Below, in pieces: positions 10,077 to 19,818 of a stretch of 64,000 bases of DNA (the stretch's first letter is position 1; every line of letters starts with the position of its first letter). A program made the position numbers and the translations under genes. Source of the stretch: Candidatus Melainabacteria bacterium 17Bon1m (GTDB lineage Bacteria; Cyanobacteriota; Vampirovibrionia; Obscuribacterales; Obscuribacteraceae); contig JAVLKG010000017.1 of the NCBI GenBank assembly GCA_032128875.1, positions 1 to 64,000 of the forward strand, given 5' to 3'. The notes under the pieces are model-generated. The model was not told the DNA's origin and ran no database searches. It was given only the letters and a program-made list of their open reading frames with translations.

Positions 10077-11480
10077 TTGGCTGAGAGAAACGAGCTGTCT
10101 GCATTCCTTCAGTTGTTTGCAGACCGGCATCAAACATATGTTCGCTCGAAGAGTTCCACAACATGGCGCGCAACTAGCCAGTGGCACTATCTTTCTGATG
10201 AAGAGTTACTTTCCAGTCTTTCAGCCGACTCTTCTGTGCGTCGTGCTTTCGGAGTGTTGGAAAAAGGCAAATTCCTTGTTATTCAAATAGATGGAACTAA
10301 GTCCCCAACAGCTTTTCAGACGACTAAAAATCTCCAAAAACAGCTCCATGACACTGGTCTTCAACCGAAAACCTTTTATATAGATGAACTGGAACTCTGG
10401 CAAATCTTTGTCTTCTTTGCCGAGTCTGTTGCTACTCAGACCGCTGTTAAGGTGGCTGCGACGTGGCTTGAGAACAACTGGTTTGATGTGGATTCGGAGG
10501 CTGTATCTATACTTCCTTCCGGCGCACCACTCCAGATTCCACTCCAGGCTAGTTTTAACTGGTTGAATGACGACCTTGTGCGCGTTGTTGCTGCATCGGA
10601 AATGTCTTTTCAGAACGCTGTTTCGATGTTCATGCAAGACTTGCGGACAAACGCTGTTGCCTATGAAACTTTTGAGAACGCACTGCTTCAGGTGCCGGCA
10701 ATTCAATCTATTAAGGATGAAGTTCCAGAAACACTCATCTATTTCACGCCACTAGAAACTTCTGTCCAGACAGTCGAGACAGATGAGCAGATGGACTTTT
10801 CTCCTATAGAAACGCCAACCAGCGCGGTTGAAAAGAGTGAGCGGTTTTCATCTGACCTGGAAACAGAAAAGTTTGTCCAGACACAAGACAATGATTTTGA
10901 AACTGCCCTGTTGCAACTTGTTCAGACTCAGGACGACATCCTTGAAATCGAACAGGAGCAAGAGTTTCAGGCAATTGTCCATGATGACCAACTTGTCCAG
11001 TCTGACCAGACAAGTGATTATTTTGGCCCTGTTTGCATTGATCCCAATGCTTTGATTTCGACTGAGCAAATTGATTCTGAACCAGAAGACTGCAAAGAAA
11101 AGCTTTTCAATCTAGACGAAGATGTTACTGAAGGAACTCTTGCACCACAAAGTGTTGAGCCGCAAAGTACAGAAGCTATTGCTGAGAATTTAGATCCGGC
11201 TGAGGATAAAGGTCTATCCACAGATCCTCTCAGTTTGAAATCTCAAGCTGACGCTGAAGAATCGATGGTTCAAACACTTTTATTCATGCATGAGGGTGCA
11301 AATGAACGTCCGCCTCCTCGGTCAGAGAATACTGATTTAAAGAAATCGCTATTACGAAAATCATCGTCCAGAGATGGACCTGGAAAGAAAAAGAAGGAAG
11401 TCAGTGCATCTACAAATGCAGACACTGACTGGAATTCATACGAGCAGCTGACGCTGCCGTTCGGAACAAATACGTCATAA
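10077..11480 (+). CDS. inactive AEP primase-like domain with long acidic disordered tail (paralog of Rep 12049..13821)
   Basis: First ~190 aa align by eye to the Rep (FLQLF/FLELF, LSDEEL/LTDTEI, VIQID/VLDID, LWQIFVFF/GWHLYIFF, LQIPLQASF/LRLPLQAGF), but DxD and His are substituted. Confidence 0.7.
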   Translation: MAERNELSAFLQLFADRHQTYVRSKSSTTWRATSQWHYLSDEELLSSLSADSSVRRAFGVLEKGKFLVIQIDGTKSPTAFQTTKNLQKQLHDTGLQPKTFYIDELELWQIFVFFAESVATQTAVKVAATWLENNWFDVDSEAVSILPSGAPLQIPLQASFNWLNDDLVRVVAASEMSFQNAVSMFMQDLRTNAVAYETFENALLQVPAIQSIKDEVPETLIYFTPLETSVQTVETDEQMDFSPIETPTSAVEKSERFSSDLETEKFVQTQDNDFETALLQLVQTQDDILEIEQEQEFQAIVHDDQLVQSDQTSDYFGPVCIDPNALISTEQIDSEPEDCKEKLFNLDEDVTEGTLAPQSVEPQSTEAIAENLDPAEDKGLSTDPLSLKSQADAEESMVQTLLFMHEGANERPPPRSENTDLKKSLLRKSSSRDGPGKKKKEVSASTNADTDWNSYEQLTLPFGTNTS

Positions 11481-11499
11481 ATTTGGAAATTGGATCTCG

Positions 11500-11521
11500 C
11501 TTATACGAAATCACGTATAAG
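11500..11521. promoter_or_regulatory. perfect inverted repeat, probable operator of the XRE gene
   Basis: CTTATACG-N6-CGTATAAG, 35 bp upstream of 11557. Confidence 0.6.
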
Positions 11522-11556
11522 CAGTCCTGAAATCACAAACTAGAAAGCAACTGCAC

Positions 11557-11844
11557 ATGAACGAAGTCAAATACTACAGGCAGATGTTTCGCAAGAAAGG
11601 TGTGCCCTCGGCTGAAGGTCAGTGTCTGGCACTTCGCACCGTATTGATTGGACAACTCAAGCAGGAGCTTTTGCAGACAGGCATGTCTCAACAGCAAGCA
11701 GCTCAGAAACTTGGAGTTAAACAACCCAGAATTTCTGAGATCTTGAATTTGAGCATCGACAAATTTAGCGCGGAACTTCTCGTGAAGTTCTTGTACAAGC
11801 TCGGCAAGGAGGTGACCGTTACCGTCGAAACAACTGAGAGCTAA
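11557..11844 (+). CDS. XRE-family HTH regulator (candidate copy-control repressor)
   Basis: 'GMSQQQAAQKLGVKQPRISEI..KFS..LG' HTH_37-like motif. Confidence 0.85.
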   Translation: MNEVKYYRQMFRKKGVPSAEGQCLALRTVLIGQLKQELLQTGMSQQQAAQKLGVKQPRISEILNLSIDKFSAELLVKFLYKLGKEVTVTVETTES

Positions 11845-11852
11845 TTGCTCTC

Positions 11853-11951
11853 AAAACAAAAGAGACGACACTTGGCGGTGCTGTCTCTTCTATTAAGACC
11901 CTTACGGATCCACCTAATTTTCATTCAAAAGGTTCTTGGAAGCTCCCTTTG
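11853..11951 (-). ncRNA. predicted counter-transcribed antisense RNA of the rep leader
   Basis: Minus-strand promoter TTGACC(11986-11981)-17bp-TAACAT(11963-11958); terminal hairpin 11860-11889 with CGCCAA/TTGGCG loop followed by a U-tract on the minus strand. Confidence 0.6.
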
Positions 11952-12048
11952 ATGAATATGTTAAAGCACGGATCCGGATAGGTCAACTCGTCGAAAATTA
12001 GAAAGAGAGTAGACTACGTCCGGCTTACCAGCAGCGGGCTCACCTCAG

Positions 12049-13821
12049 GTGCAGCGGCCCGCAAGATTTCAGCGCGCAGTAATCTTTCCAAAAGGTTGGG
12101 ATGACACTGTTTCTGACTTTCTCGAACTGTTTCACCATCACCGATACCAATATATATATCGTCCTCATGACTCGGACTCTTGGCTTTCAGCAAATGAAGA
12201 ATGGCGTCTTACAGACACTGAAATACTCAAGGCGGTAGCTGGAGTTCATCCAAAGTATCTGCTTGGTTTTCGCTTCGGCAAACAAACTCGATTTGCTGTC
12301 TTAGATATTGATGCGGAAAGTCCATATCACAACCTTCGCTCATTCAATAAGTTGAAGAGAGTCCTGCGTGATGCCGGTATCACGCAAGTTGTGCCTTTTC
12401 GTTCGAGCACAAGCAGTGGATGGCATTTGTATATATTTTTCGACGAGCTCGTCAACTCCCTGCATTTAAAGCGAGCGCTGGTCAACCTTCTGACTTATAC
12501 GGGATTTCGTATAAAATCAGGCGAGCTGGAGATTTTTCCTAATGTTTCACATGCATCAGCCGGCATGGGTCTGCGTCTTCCGCTTCAAGCCGGCTTCGCT
12601 TTTCTCAATGACAGGAATTTGGAGCCTGATATAGAGAGATGGGAACTCAGTCCAACCAAAGCTCTTGATTATTTTCTGGACGCGGCTAATAGTTGCTCAA
12701 ATACGCGGACTCAGTTCGAAGAACTTCAAAAGCATGCAACTCTATGTGCAGAAAAACTGGACAAAGTTACGGCACTGAGAGCACAGCCGAGAACACCTGG
12801 CAATGTAATTGCAATGCCGGATCGCAAAGTCAAAATCGCCGGACAACATAGAGATGATGTTGCCGCGATTTTTTCGGTTATGCCTCCTGGCATACGTGCC
12901 GACGACTGGTTTCGTGGACGCACTTATCACGCAAGTGGTCTAAGCGGACCTTCTCAACGAGCCGATGCGATTCACTGCCTGTCTCACTATTTCTTCTACG
13001 GAGATCCAAGTTGTGCGCTGCCGGCACTTGGCTATGGATACGAGACAGAAAGAGAACTGGCCATAAAACAGATTCTCGAGTTGCGCCACAACGGCTTCAG
13101 CAAAGACCTGAATAAGGGCGAAGCCGATGCAGTATCTCAAATTGAACGCGCCGCCAATTGGATTCCACCACAAAGGCGCCAAGATGAACCCAAAAAATAT
13201 GCACCGATACAGCCGATTTCCTGGGTCCGAGAAAATGCAAACCGCAAAGTTGATGCTCGCAAACGCATTCAAAGCGCACTAGAAAAACTCAAGAGCGCCA
13301 GTGTGAAGTTCACAACAGTCGACCTGCAAAAGTCTGCCCAATGCTCTCGGGAGACTCTCTATAAGCATGAAGATATCTGGCGTCAAGCTTATGAAGATCT
13401 TGCCGACAACTTCTTTGCAATCTGTACGGACGAATATAACGGTGTGGAGGGGGGTGGTTCCTCAGAAACCGCACCCCTGCCTCCTTCTGACAAAAAAGAT
13501 GTTCCGCCTGGTCTTTTGGCTGCTAGACGCATTGTTTTTGAATTGAAAATGCGTGACCAGAAAGAGAAGCGAAAACGGGATCGTGTTATCGGGGATATGC
13601 TTTCAATACGCGATGAAAAGTGGCTTGCTGAATTAATCAGACTGGAACGAGTTGACGTCACTTTGTGCTCGGTCCCTGATCTGAAATTAGCCATAGTTCT
13701 TCTTCGATCGCTTCTTGCTACTGCCTCCGATGAGCATGTACAGGAAAGAGTTGTAAGACTGCAAACTCTATTCACTCGGCAACTTCGCATGGTCGAGCGA
13801 CATTTCTTTGACGAGAGTTGA
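12049..13821 (+). CDS. AEP (archaeo-eukaryotic primase) family replication protein, cyanobacterial-plasmid type
   Basis: AEP motifs 'GFRFG..RFAVLDID..SPYH', 'RSSTSSGWHLY' and 'ELEIFPN..LRLPLQ'; C-terminal HTH-like 'SAQCSRETLYKH'. Confidence 0.8.
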   Translation: MQRPARFQRAVIFPKGWDDTVSDFLELFHHHRYQYIYRPHDSDSWLSANEEWRLTDTEILKAVAGVHPKYLLGFRFGKQTRFAVLDIDAESPYHNLRSFNKLKRVLRDAGITQVVPFRSSTSSGWHLYIFFDELVNSLHLKRALVNLLTYTGFRIKSGELEIFPNVSHASAGMGLRLPLQAGFAFLNDRNLEPDIERWELSPTKALDYFLDAANSCSNTRTQFEELQKHATLCAEKLDKVTALRAQPRTPGNVIAMPDRKVKIAGQHRDDVAAIFSVMPPGIRADDWFRGRTYHASGLSGPSQRADAIHCLSHYFFYGDPSCALPALGYGYETERELAIKQILELRHNGFSKDLNKGEADAVSQIERAANWIPPQRRQDEPKKYAPIQPISWVRENANRKVDARKRIQSALEKLKSASVKFTTVDLQKSAQCSRETLYKHEDIWRQAYEDLADNFFAICTDEYNGVEGGGSSETAPLPPSDKKDVPPGLLAARRIVFELKMRDQKEKRKRDRVIGDMLSIRDEKWLAELIRLERVDVTLCSVPDLKLAIVLLRSLLATASDEHVQERVVRLQTLFTRQLRMVERHFFDES

Positions 13822-14065
13822 CGCCCGTTTCAGCTTGATTTGGTGTTGTTTTGAAAATTATTGATTGGCTTTGAAGTTCTAATAATACTAAATAGAGATC
13901 GACTAAATGCGTATCAAAATTGATGCAAATGACAACCGATCTCAGGGATCACGGGCTGACGAAATTTAGATCTTGCCATCTTTGTGATTTAAAGTTACAG
14001 TGAAATTATCCGGTGGTAGTACATGCGGTGTCACGGTTCCGGATGATGTTTGAAGGATTAGGAAC

Positions 14066-14566
14066 ATGTTCGATTCAAATCAGCACACTTTATGGGAATG
14101 GGCTTTGTGGGTCGATGGATTGAATCCATACTACTGGCGCCAAGATTTCCGCGGACGGCTCATCCACCGAAATGCTTATGATCTTCGCTTCCACCCATAC
14201 GGTTGGGAGAAAGGTCATATACGAGCTGCTGCAGACGGTGGTAGCGACGGACTCTGGAATCTCCAGGCGGAACATTGGCGGACCAATCTTGAGAAAGAAA
14301 ACGAGCGACAGCAGCGAGAAAATGAGAGGAAGCGGGTTGATGCTTTCTTTGGGATGCTGGCAGCAACTCTTCCCTCCGACTACAAATCAACGCTCCTAAA
14401 TGCTAGTAGTCCACAACAGCATGCCTTTCGTGGACTGTTGACAGCGCGTCCTACGCTGCCTGAGCCGACATTTGTGCCGCAAAGCAAAAGACCTCTGTTT
14501 GGTTATAGTGCGCCGACTCCCTTCATGGGCGGTTTGCGAAGTTATGACCCCAGGCATGGGCTCTAG
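14066..14566 (+). CDS. HNH-motif protein with low-complexity C-terminus
   Basis: 'GWEKGHIRAAADGGSDGLWNLQAEHWRTN' resembles the HNH signature. Confidence 0.65.
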   Translation: MFDSNQHTLWEWALWVDGLNPYYWRQDFRGRLIHRNAYDLRFHPYGWEKGHIRAAADGGSDGLWNLQAEHWRTNLEKENERQQRENERKRVDAFFGMLAATLPSDYKSTLLNASSPQQHAFRGLLTARPTLPEPTFVPQSKRPLFGYSAPTPFMGGLRSYDPRHGL

Positions 14567-14591
14567 ATCCGTCTGTCCCGAACGACTGAAG

Positions 14592-14623
14592 AGACCGTGA
14601 TGCATCAAACATCACGGTCTTTC
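14592..14623 (+). terminator. intrinsic terminator
   Basis: AGACCGTGATG-N7-CATCACGGTCT followed by T residues. Confidence 0.7.
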
Positions 14624-14771
14624 CTGTTATTGAATTGCTACCGCTGACAGTCAGTGCAAATGTCTAAGATGGATATCCTGAAAATGATGGTGTTTGAGCA
14701 GCTGTCACTTAATAGACAAACTTAGTAAGAGTTACTAGTCCCTTAATGACACAACAGCTTTTACCTTACTC

Positions 14772-15164
14772 CTATTGCTGGTCCTTTCGTACAGTTGCGC
14801 TGTCATCGAGTAAGCACAAAGCTTTCTGAAGCAGCCCAATGATACACTGGTCAACTAAGCGGTAATAGATCATGTTGCCACTGCGCCTGGTGGCGACAAT
14901 TCCTCGATCGGACAGTCTTTGCAATTGATTTGATATTGCTTGAGGTGTCATCTCCACTGCTGCTGCAAGGTCACAAACGCACATTTCTTCAACCCTTGCA
15001 AGATTATGCAAAAGCCTTAGTCGCGTCTCGTTAGCCAGAATCTTGAAACGATTTTCCATTGCTGCTGCCTGATCTGAGGTTATCGGCTCCTGCTCAACCA
15101 ATGTGACGTGCACAGAGCAGCACGTCCGAACATTTTTGACCTTGAGCTTCGATTTAATAGGCAT
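14772..15164 (-). CDS. ArsR/SmtB-family metalloregulator
   Basis: 'FKILANETRLRLL..EMCVCDLA..AISNQL..R.G.MIYY'; Cys pairs. Confidence 0.9.
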   Translation of the reverse strand: MPIKSKLKVKNVRTCCSVHVTLVEQEPITSDQAAAMENRFKILANETRLRLLHNLARVEEMCVCDLAAAVEMTPQAISNQLQRLSDRGIVATRRSGNMIYYRLVDQCIIGLLQKALCLLDDSATVRKDQQ

Positions 15165-15241
15165 ACTTAAAGCCTACACTATTACACCGACTGCTGGAAT
15201 AGTCTGCCTTTGCGATTGTCTGAATGTTTTAAACACGAATG

Positions 15242-15493
15242 TCAAAATGTTACGCCAGATTGATTGTTTGGCAGATAGACAGCCACTCCAAGACCCTCTT
15301 GCTCGGCAAGTCTACCAGCAAATTGAAAAACTTCTTTGCTTTCAGCAGTCTCCAAAAAAATGTGTTCGCCTATGGAAACGCACCACCTGCCTTGAACGTA
15401 GTCTACACACACAAATTCATTTGGCGAATTTCTTTGAGCTGAATTTCTCATTTTTGATTGACTCTTCAAGAATGTGCATCTAGGCACTTTCAA
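15242..15493 (-). CDS. small hypothetical protein (DUF2188-like pattern)
   Basis: 'GRWCV...KEVFQFAGRLAEQEG..V.VY' pattern; start uncertain. Confidence 0.35.
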   Translation of the reverse strand: MKVPRCTFLKSQSKMRNSAQRNSPNEFVCVDYVQGRWCVSIGEHIFLETAESKEVFQFAGRLAEQEGLGVAVYLPNNQSGVTF

Positions 15494-15529
15494 AAACTCT
15501 TGCTACAACTGTGTTAGAGGGAGTCTGAT

Positions 15530-15922
15530 TTGAAATTTTTCTTGGCCAGCGACGTAGAAGGATTGCGCAGGCTATATTCCGTTCTTGCGGATTTTGACTT
15601 TCGTTCTTCATCCACCCTTGATGATGCTTTGCGGCTATTAGACTCACCGATGAGCTTTGATTTGATCATTATAGGTGTTCATTTTGATGATTCGCGTGCT
15701 GTCGATTTGCTTAGAGAAATCAGGTCCAGGCCTCGATATGAATTGACACCGGTGCTTTTTATTCGTACTCAACCATCCAGCATCTCACTAATTCTTGAAC
15801 AAAGTATTTTGTCTTTGAAAGATGCTTATAGAGTCAATGGCTTTATTGAAACTGATTTGCTTGATGAGGATGATTGCAGGATAAGGGAGGAAATAATAAG
15901 AATGGCCGCCCTCGATAGCTGA
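15530..15922 (+). CDS. single-domain response-regulator receiver-like protein
   Basis: CheY-like pattern 'FDLIII..DLLREIRS..TPVLFI'; RBS GAGGGAG. The canonical phospho-Asp position appears degenerate. Confidence 0.6.
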   Translation: MKFFLASDVEGLRRLYSVLADFDFRSSSTLDDALRLLDSPMSFDLIIIGVHFDDSRAVDLLREIRSRPRYELTPVLFIRTQPSSISLILEQSILSLKDAYRVNGFIETDLLDEDDCRIREEIIRMAALDS

Positions 15923-16056
15923 ATAGATTTGTCTCTTTCCGGTGCACTGGGTTTTACATTTGTGTAACTTGTTTTTGGTTGTATACGGAAAATTCACAAA
16001 TTATTTCCAAAACTGTCCGCTCATCAATTCTATGCTTTTGACTTGAGATGCCTTAA

Positions 16057-17334
16057 TTGCAAGAGGAAAGAGAAACCTTGCCACCATTTGATGGAAATTT
16101 CATATCGCCCTTGCCCTTTAGGATAAATCCAGAGGCAGCTAATTTAGCCAGCGATGCCTGGCGGCATCCATTTATGTCTGAAAGAATACGATCGGCTGAA
16201 CCCAACCAATTAACTTTTCCGGATATTTTCAATACAGGAAAAGCCACTTCTGATGCGCTTGCACCTGAAATGGAAAGCGTATTAAAGAATACAGCAAGTG
16301 TAGAATTTTCCACATCCGAGATGAACAAGCTCGCAGGAAAAGAGCCGGACTATATTGTCGGTGCTGGAGGAAGGCTTACTAAAAATCCAAACAGCAGAGC
16401 CAAGCCTGGCGATCCAATAAACATAGAAATACAGAACGCCCAGCTGGTCGATGAAGTGCAAAAGGCGGTCATCCAAAATGTTCTGGACTCTTTTCGCTCA
16501 TCGCATCCAGCCATGCAGCAATTTCCAAGTTCTTTCAATGACGTAATGCGCTGGCTGAAAGAATGCTCGCAAGCGATGGCTGAAGGCAGACCTCTGCCCA
16601 GTTTCCCTTTAATTTCCGATGGAACCGATAATGCCCCGGTGACTCAGTCTGCCTACTCTGATTCCGCTAGAGCGCCAAGTTCTGCAGGAGGTGGCAGTTC
16701 TGCCGCGCTTTCCGGTGGCGGGGATTCTTATTCAGGTGCGAGAGGTGGAGGTTCAGGCAATTATGATGCGGGCTCCGCTGGAAGTGGAGGAGGTTCAGGC
16801 AGTTATAGCTCAGGCTCCGTTGGAGATGGTGGAGGTACTGCTCCGACTGCTGTCGATGGACTGTCGCCTGCAATCAGTGCCGATGGAAGAGTTTTTCCGG
16901 TGGATGGGTTTTCAGACAAGAGCATCGGCCTACATCACGGCAGTTCAGATGGAGCAGCCGACATATTTGCTCCCGAAGGCACGCCGATTCGCTCTCTATT
17001 CGACGGCGAAGTGGTGAGTGTAGATTCGGGCGGTCTTGGCGGCAATACCATAACAATCAAACAGGCAGATGGAAAAACTGCTTACTATGCGCATATGCAG
17101 ACAATGGCTGGCAAGGAGGATGGCACCCCGCTCAAAGCAGGTGACCGGATCAATGCTGGCGATGTCGTCGGGCGAGTTGGTCAAACAGGTAATGCTGCCG
17201 GTACAGGTTCGCATCTTCATATCGGTGTCGGAGACAGCATCATTTCGGGCTCGGGACCTGACGGCGGAGCCGGTTCGAACTATAACTTGACCGGGACATT
17301 GAATTCTATTTTGCAGAGCGGTCAAGTCGTTTAG
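16057..17334 (+). CDS. M23 family peptidase with Gly/Ser linker
   Basis: 'ADIFAPEGTPI', 'YYAHM' and 'GNAAGTGSHLHIG' M23 motifs. Confidence 0.85.
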   Translation: MQEERETLPPFDGNFISPLPFRINPEAANLASDAWRHPFMSERIRSAEPNQLTFPDIFNTGKATSDALAPEMESVLKNTASVEFSTSEMNKLAGKEPDYIVGAGGRLTKNPNSRAKPGDPINIEIQNAQLVDEVQKAVIQNVLDSFRSSHPAMQQFPSSFNDVMRWLKECSQAMAEGRPLPSFPLISDGTDNAPVTQSAYSDSARAPSSAGGGSSAALSGGGDSYSGARGGGSGNYDAGSAGSGGGSGSYSSGSVGDGGGTAPTAVDGLSPAISADGRVFPVDGFSDKSIGLHHGSSDGAADIFAPEGTPIRSLFDGEVVSVDSGGLGGNTITIKQADGKTAYYAHMQTMAGKEDGTPLKAGDRINAGDVVGRVGQTGNAAGTGSHLHIGVGDSIISGSGPDGGAGSNYNLTGTLNSILQSGQVV

Positions 17335-17438
17335 TTTTGAAATTCAATCCAAATTTCAAACTCCAGAAACAAATTTTCTGCCTCACATGAACTATCATTT
17401 TTGAGGCGTCCCAATAAAGTTTCCATGGAGTTCAAATA

Positions 17439-18722
17439 ATGAATCTCTCTCGTTTTTGCGGGCCCAGTTGCACTAAAGATGTTGGGTTTGCCAAAATATT
17501 TGTAAGCAGTCTTTTTCTCCTGAGTTTGCTAAGCAATGCCCAGCCCAGTTTTGCGGCACAGAGTTTATTCAAATTGAATAATAGATCTGTCAATTCTCCT
17601 AAAACGCTTGAGTTTAGGAAACGTTTGGAACTTCCTGCTGGAAGCCCCGTGCTAAAAGGGCAAGCAAAAATTTATTCGAATAGTGAACTGAAAGAACTAG
17701 ATTCTTATGCAAAACAGTTCACCAGGCGTTTAGACATTCGAGACGAAAAGACAGAAAAGCACTGGAGTAATGTTCCATTTCGTCATAAGCTGTGGCTATA
17801 CACGATAGATAAGGAGAAGTTTCTCGGCAACTGCTCCGTTGCCAAATTGGGTCACGATGTCGACACAGAGGCAAATCCGAAACTTATACCGAATTTCACC
17901 TATTATTTGGTTTTGATGCACTTCAATATTCCGGCAGTGAAGGCAACAACAATTCCGTTAAAGTATGGTTTTGCCCGATTTGAAGCGAAGATAGCTTGCC
18001 AGAAAATTAACAGTGGAAAAACTAAGACTGAAGCAGAACTCGAGGAAATCGCTAGAAAAGCTAAAGCCTATCCAGCCGTTACATCCTTGGAAATTGCGGA
18101 AAGTGCCGAAATTCTTTCTGTCTATCCCGAAAATGCAATTCTTCCAATCGACAGGAAAGACACAACTACTGTCACTTTGACTGCGCAACCTGAATGGATG
18201 GGAGCATCCGGTGGCAAAGGTGAATATTCAAGAGCAATTGAGGACTCCTACGCATACAAGTTGCCACATGTTGTTGGCGTGGGTACCAGATTTGGAGACG
18301 TTTCCTGGACCTTCTACCCGGCAAAAGCACAGCCAATAATGCTTGGCTCTCAGTCAACATTTGCTGTAGTCAAAGTTCCGTATAACACACCGAGCTTGCG
18401 TATTCTCGCTAATCTCAGGTATCAGCTGCAGGCTCTGAAAGTGATAACGTTTCCACCTTTTAGAGTTTGTGACTGGTGTGACCTTGATCTAGAGAAGGCA
18501 TCTTCTTTTGATGACATGGCAGTAATTCAATATTTTGGACTGCCATCCGATGCAAGAGAAGCTCTGCAGACTGCTTTTGGAAAGGGCGCAGTCGAGCATA
18601 ATTTGAAATATTACGGAAGCCAGAATTCAGATAGAGACATATTGGTCGATGAAAAGACCGGTGAGACTTATGGATTCACCGATTCGTGCAAATTCAAGAA
18701 ATACAAAATCAAGGAAGAATAA
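17439..18722 (+). CDS. secreted hypothetical protein
   Basis: Signal-peptide-like 'SLFLLSLLSNAQPSFA'; 427 aa. Confidence 0.65.
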   Translation: MNLSRFCGPSCTKDVGFAKIFVSSLFLLSLLSNAQPSFAAQSLFKLNNRSVNSPKTLEFRKRLELPAGSPVLKGQAKIYSNSELKELDSYAKQFTRRLDIRDEKTEKHWSNVPFRHKLWLYTIDKEKFLGNCSVAKLGHDVDTEANPKLIPNFTYYLVLMHFNIPAVKATTIPLKYGFARFEAKIACQKINSGKTKTEAELEEIARKAKAYPAVTSLEIAESAEILSVYPENAILPIDRKDTTTVTLTAQPEWMGASGGKGEYSRAIEDSYAYKLPHVVGVGTRFGDVSWTFYPAKAQPIMLGSQSTFAVVKVPYNTPSLRILANLRYQLQALKVITFPPFRVCDWCDLDLEKASSFDDMAVIQYFGLPSDAREALQTAFGKGAVEHNLKYYGSQNSDRDILVDEKTGETYGFTDSCKFKKYKIKEE

Positions 18723-18737
18723 GACTCAGTTTCGATT

Positions 18738-19034
18738 CTAAGACATCGAATTATCAATTTCCGCATTTTGAAACATCTCTCGAAGTTCCATCGTCACAAT
18801 AGGAGCCAACTTCTTGTCGTCAAGCTGCTCGATGGCAATTTGGATAAGTTCGTGCCATGCAAACAGTCCGAATGCTAGTACTGCGTTCTCAGCAGCTTCT
18901 TGAATAAGTATCTTAGCTTGTGCTTCGGAAATTTGCGGATTGCTGGCAGCACAGAGAAGCGCGGCTACAGCTATTCTTGCATCTGCAGTCTTTTGCATTT
19001 TGCGGCTGTCCTTAAGCGCCTTTTCTGGTGTCAA
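18738..19034 (-). CDS. small hypothetical protein overlapping the AbiEi-like gene end
   Basis: 98 aa helical ORF. Confidence 0.4.
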   Translation of the reverse strand: MTPEKALKDSRKMQKTADARIAVAALLCAASNPQISEAQAKILIQEAAENAVLAFGLFAWHELIQIAIEQLDDKKLAPIVTMELREMFQNAEIDNSMS

Positions 19035-19638
19035 CTATTTCTGCCAGCGTCTGAACAATTTGTGGTTTTTGATGCAATTGAGAAGCAAGATGTTCAATTT
19101 CTTCGACTGTAATTGTTCCTTTCTCTAAGGACGTGTTCAAAATCGCAAGTAGCGAAGGCTCCGTAAGGCTATTACGCATCAAAAGGTCCCTGACCGCTCC
19201 GAAGACGGTCATTACTTTCAGACCCTCCACAGAGGCAATCAGCTCAGGCAAAAGGTCTCTTCGATGAAAGCGAATTCTTCCTGGAGGTGGACTGTTTCGT
19301 CTGAAACGCTTGGGAACGATAAAGTGAATGTCTTCCGGAGGCGTATCAGTTAAACCGTGGATGTAGAGGGCTGTTGTGTAACCCATCACCCCTTCGAAGT
19401 TTCCTTGCTGGTTTTCGCTCCAAAGCAGAGTTATGTAGTAATCATCTGGAAAAGGTGATGTTTCGGAGAAGCAGAGCAATTTGAAAATGCTCCTGGCGTG
19501 TCGAATCCACTCGCCTTTCTTTACGTAGTAAACCTGTAATTGGCGCGAGTAACCGCATTTCGTCGCTTGATGGGCTGTGAAAAAACCTTGTTGGTTACTG
19601 GCAATTTCGTACAGCTTATCTAGGTTGGGCTTGTTCAT
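19012..19638 (-). CDS. AbiEi-type (type IV TA antitoxin-like) transcriptional regulator
   Basis: 'LYEIASNQQGFFTAHQA..G.W.R..R.IF', 'TTALYIHGL' and 'VPKRFRR'. Confidence 0.8.
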   Translation of the reverse strand: MNKPNLDKLYEIASNQQGFFTAHQATKCGYSRQLQVYYVKKGEWIRHARSIFKLLCFSETSPFPDDYYITLLWSENQQGNFEGVMGYTTALYIHGLTDTPPEDIHFIVPKRFRRNSPPPGRIRFHRRDLLPELIASVEGLKVMTVFGAVRDLLMRNSLTEPSLLAILNTSLEKGTITVEEIEHLASQLHQKPQIVQTLAEIVDTRKGA

Positions 19639-19818
19639 GATTCCAAAGAAAAAATTTCTGACTAGGGGGTTTTAGTCAGTCGTCCAATTCTGTGACTTTT
19701 CAAAGGCAGCTTTTTAGCGCGCTTTTGCTTGGTTTTCTCGGAAACTTTTTTGAGCTATGTTGCCACTAATTGACGACTTCAAATGAAAGCAAGGCGACGT
19801 AACACGCCGCTCGTCTTT

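Noticed and set aside
11557-11844. HigA antitoxin of a type II TA pair
   Set aside because: No RelE/HigB toxin gene is adjacent; its position before rep suggests copy control.
16680-16850. Gly/Ser-rich low-complexity DNA as a repeat element
   Set aside because: Explained as the flexible linker of the M23 protein.
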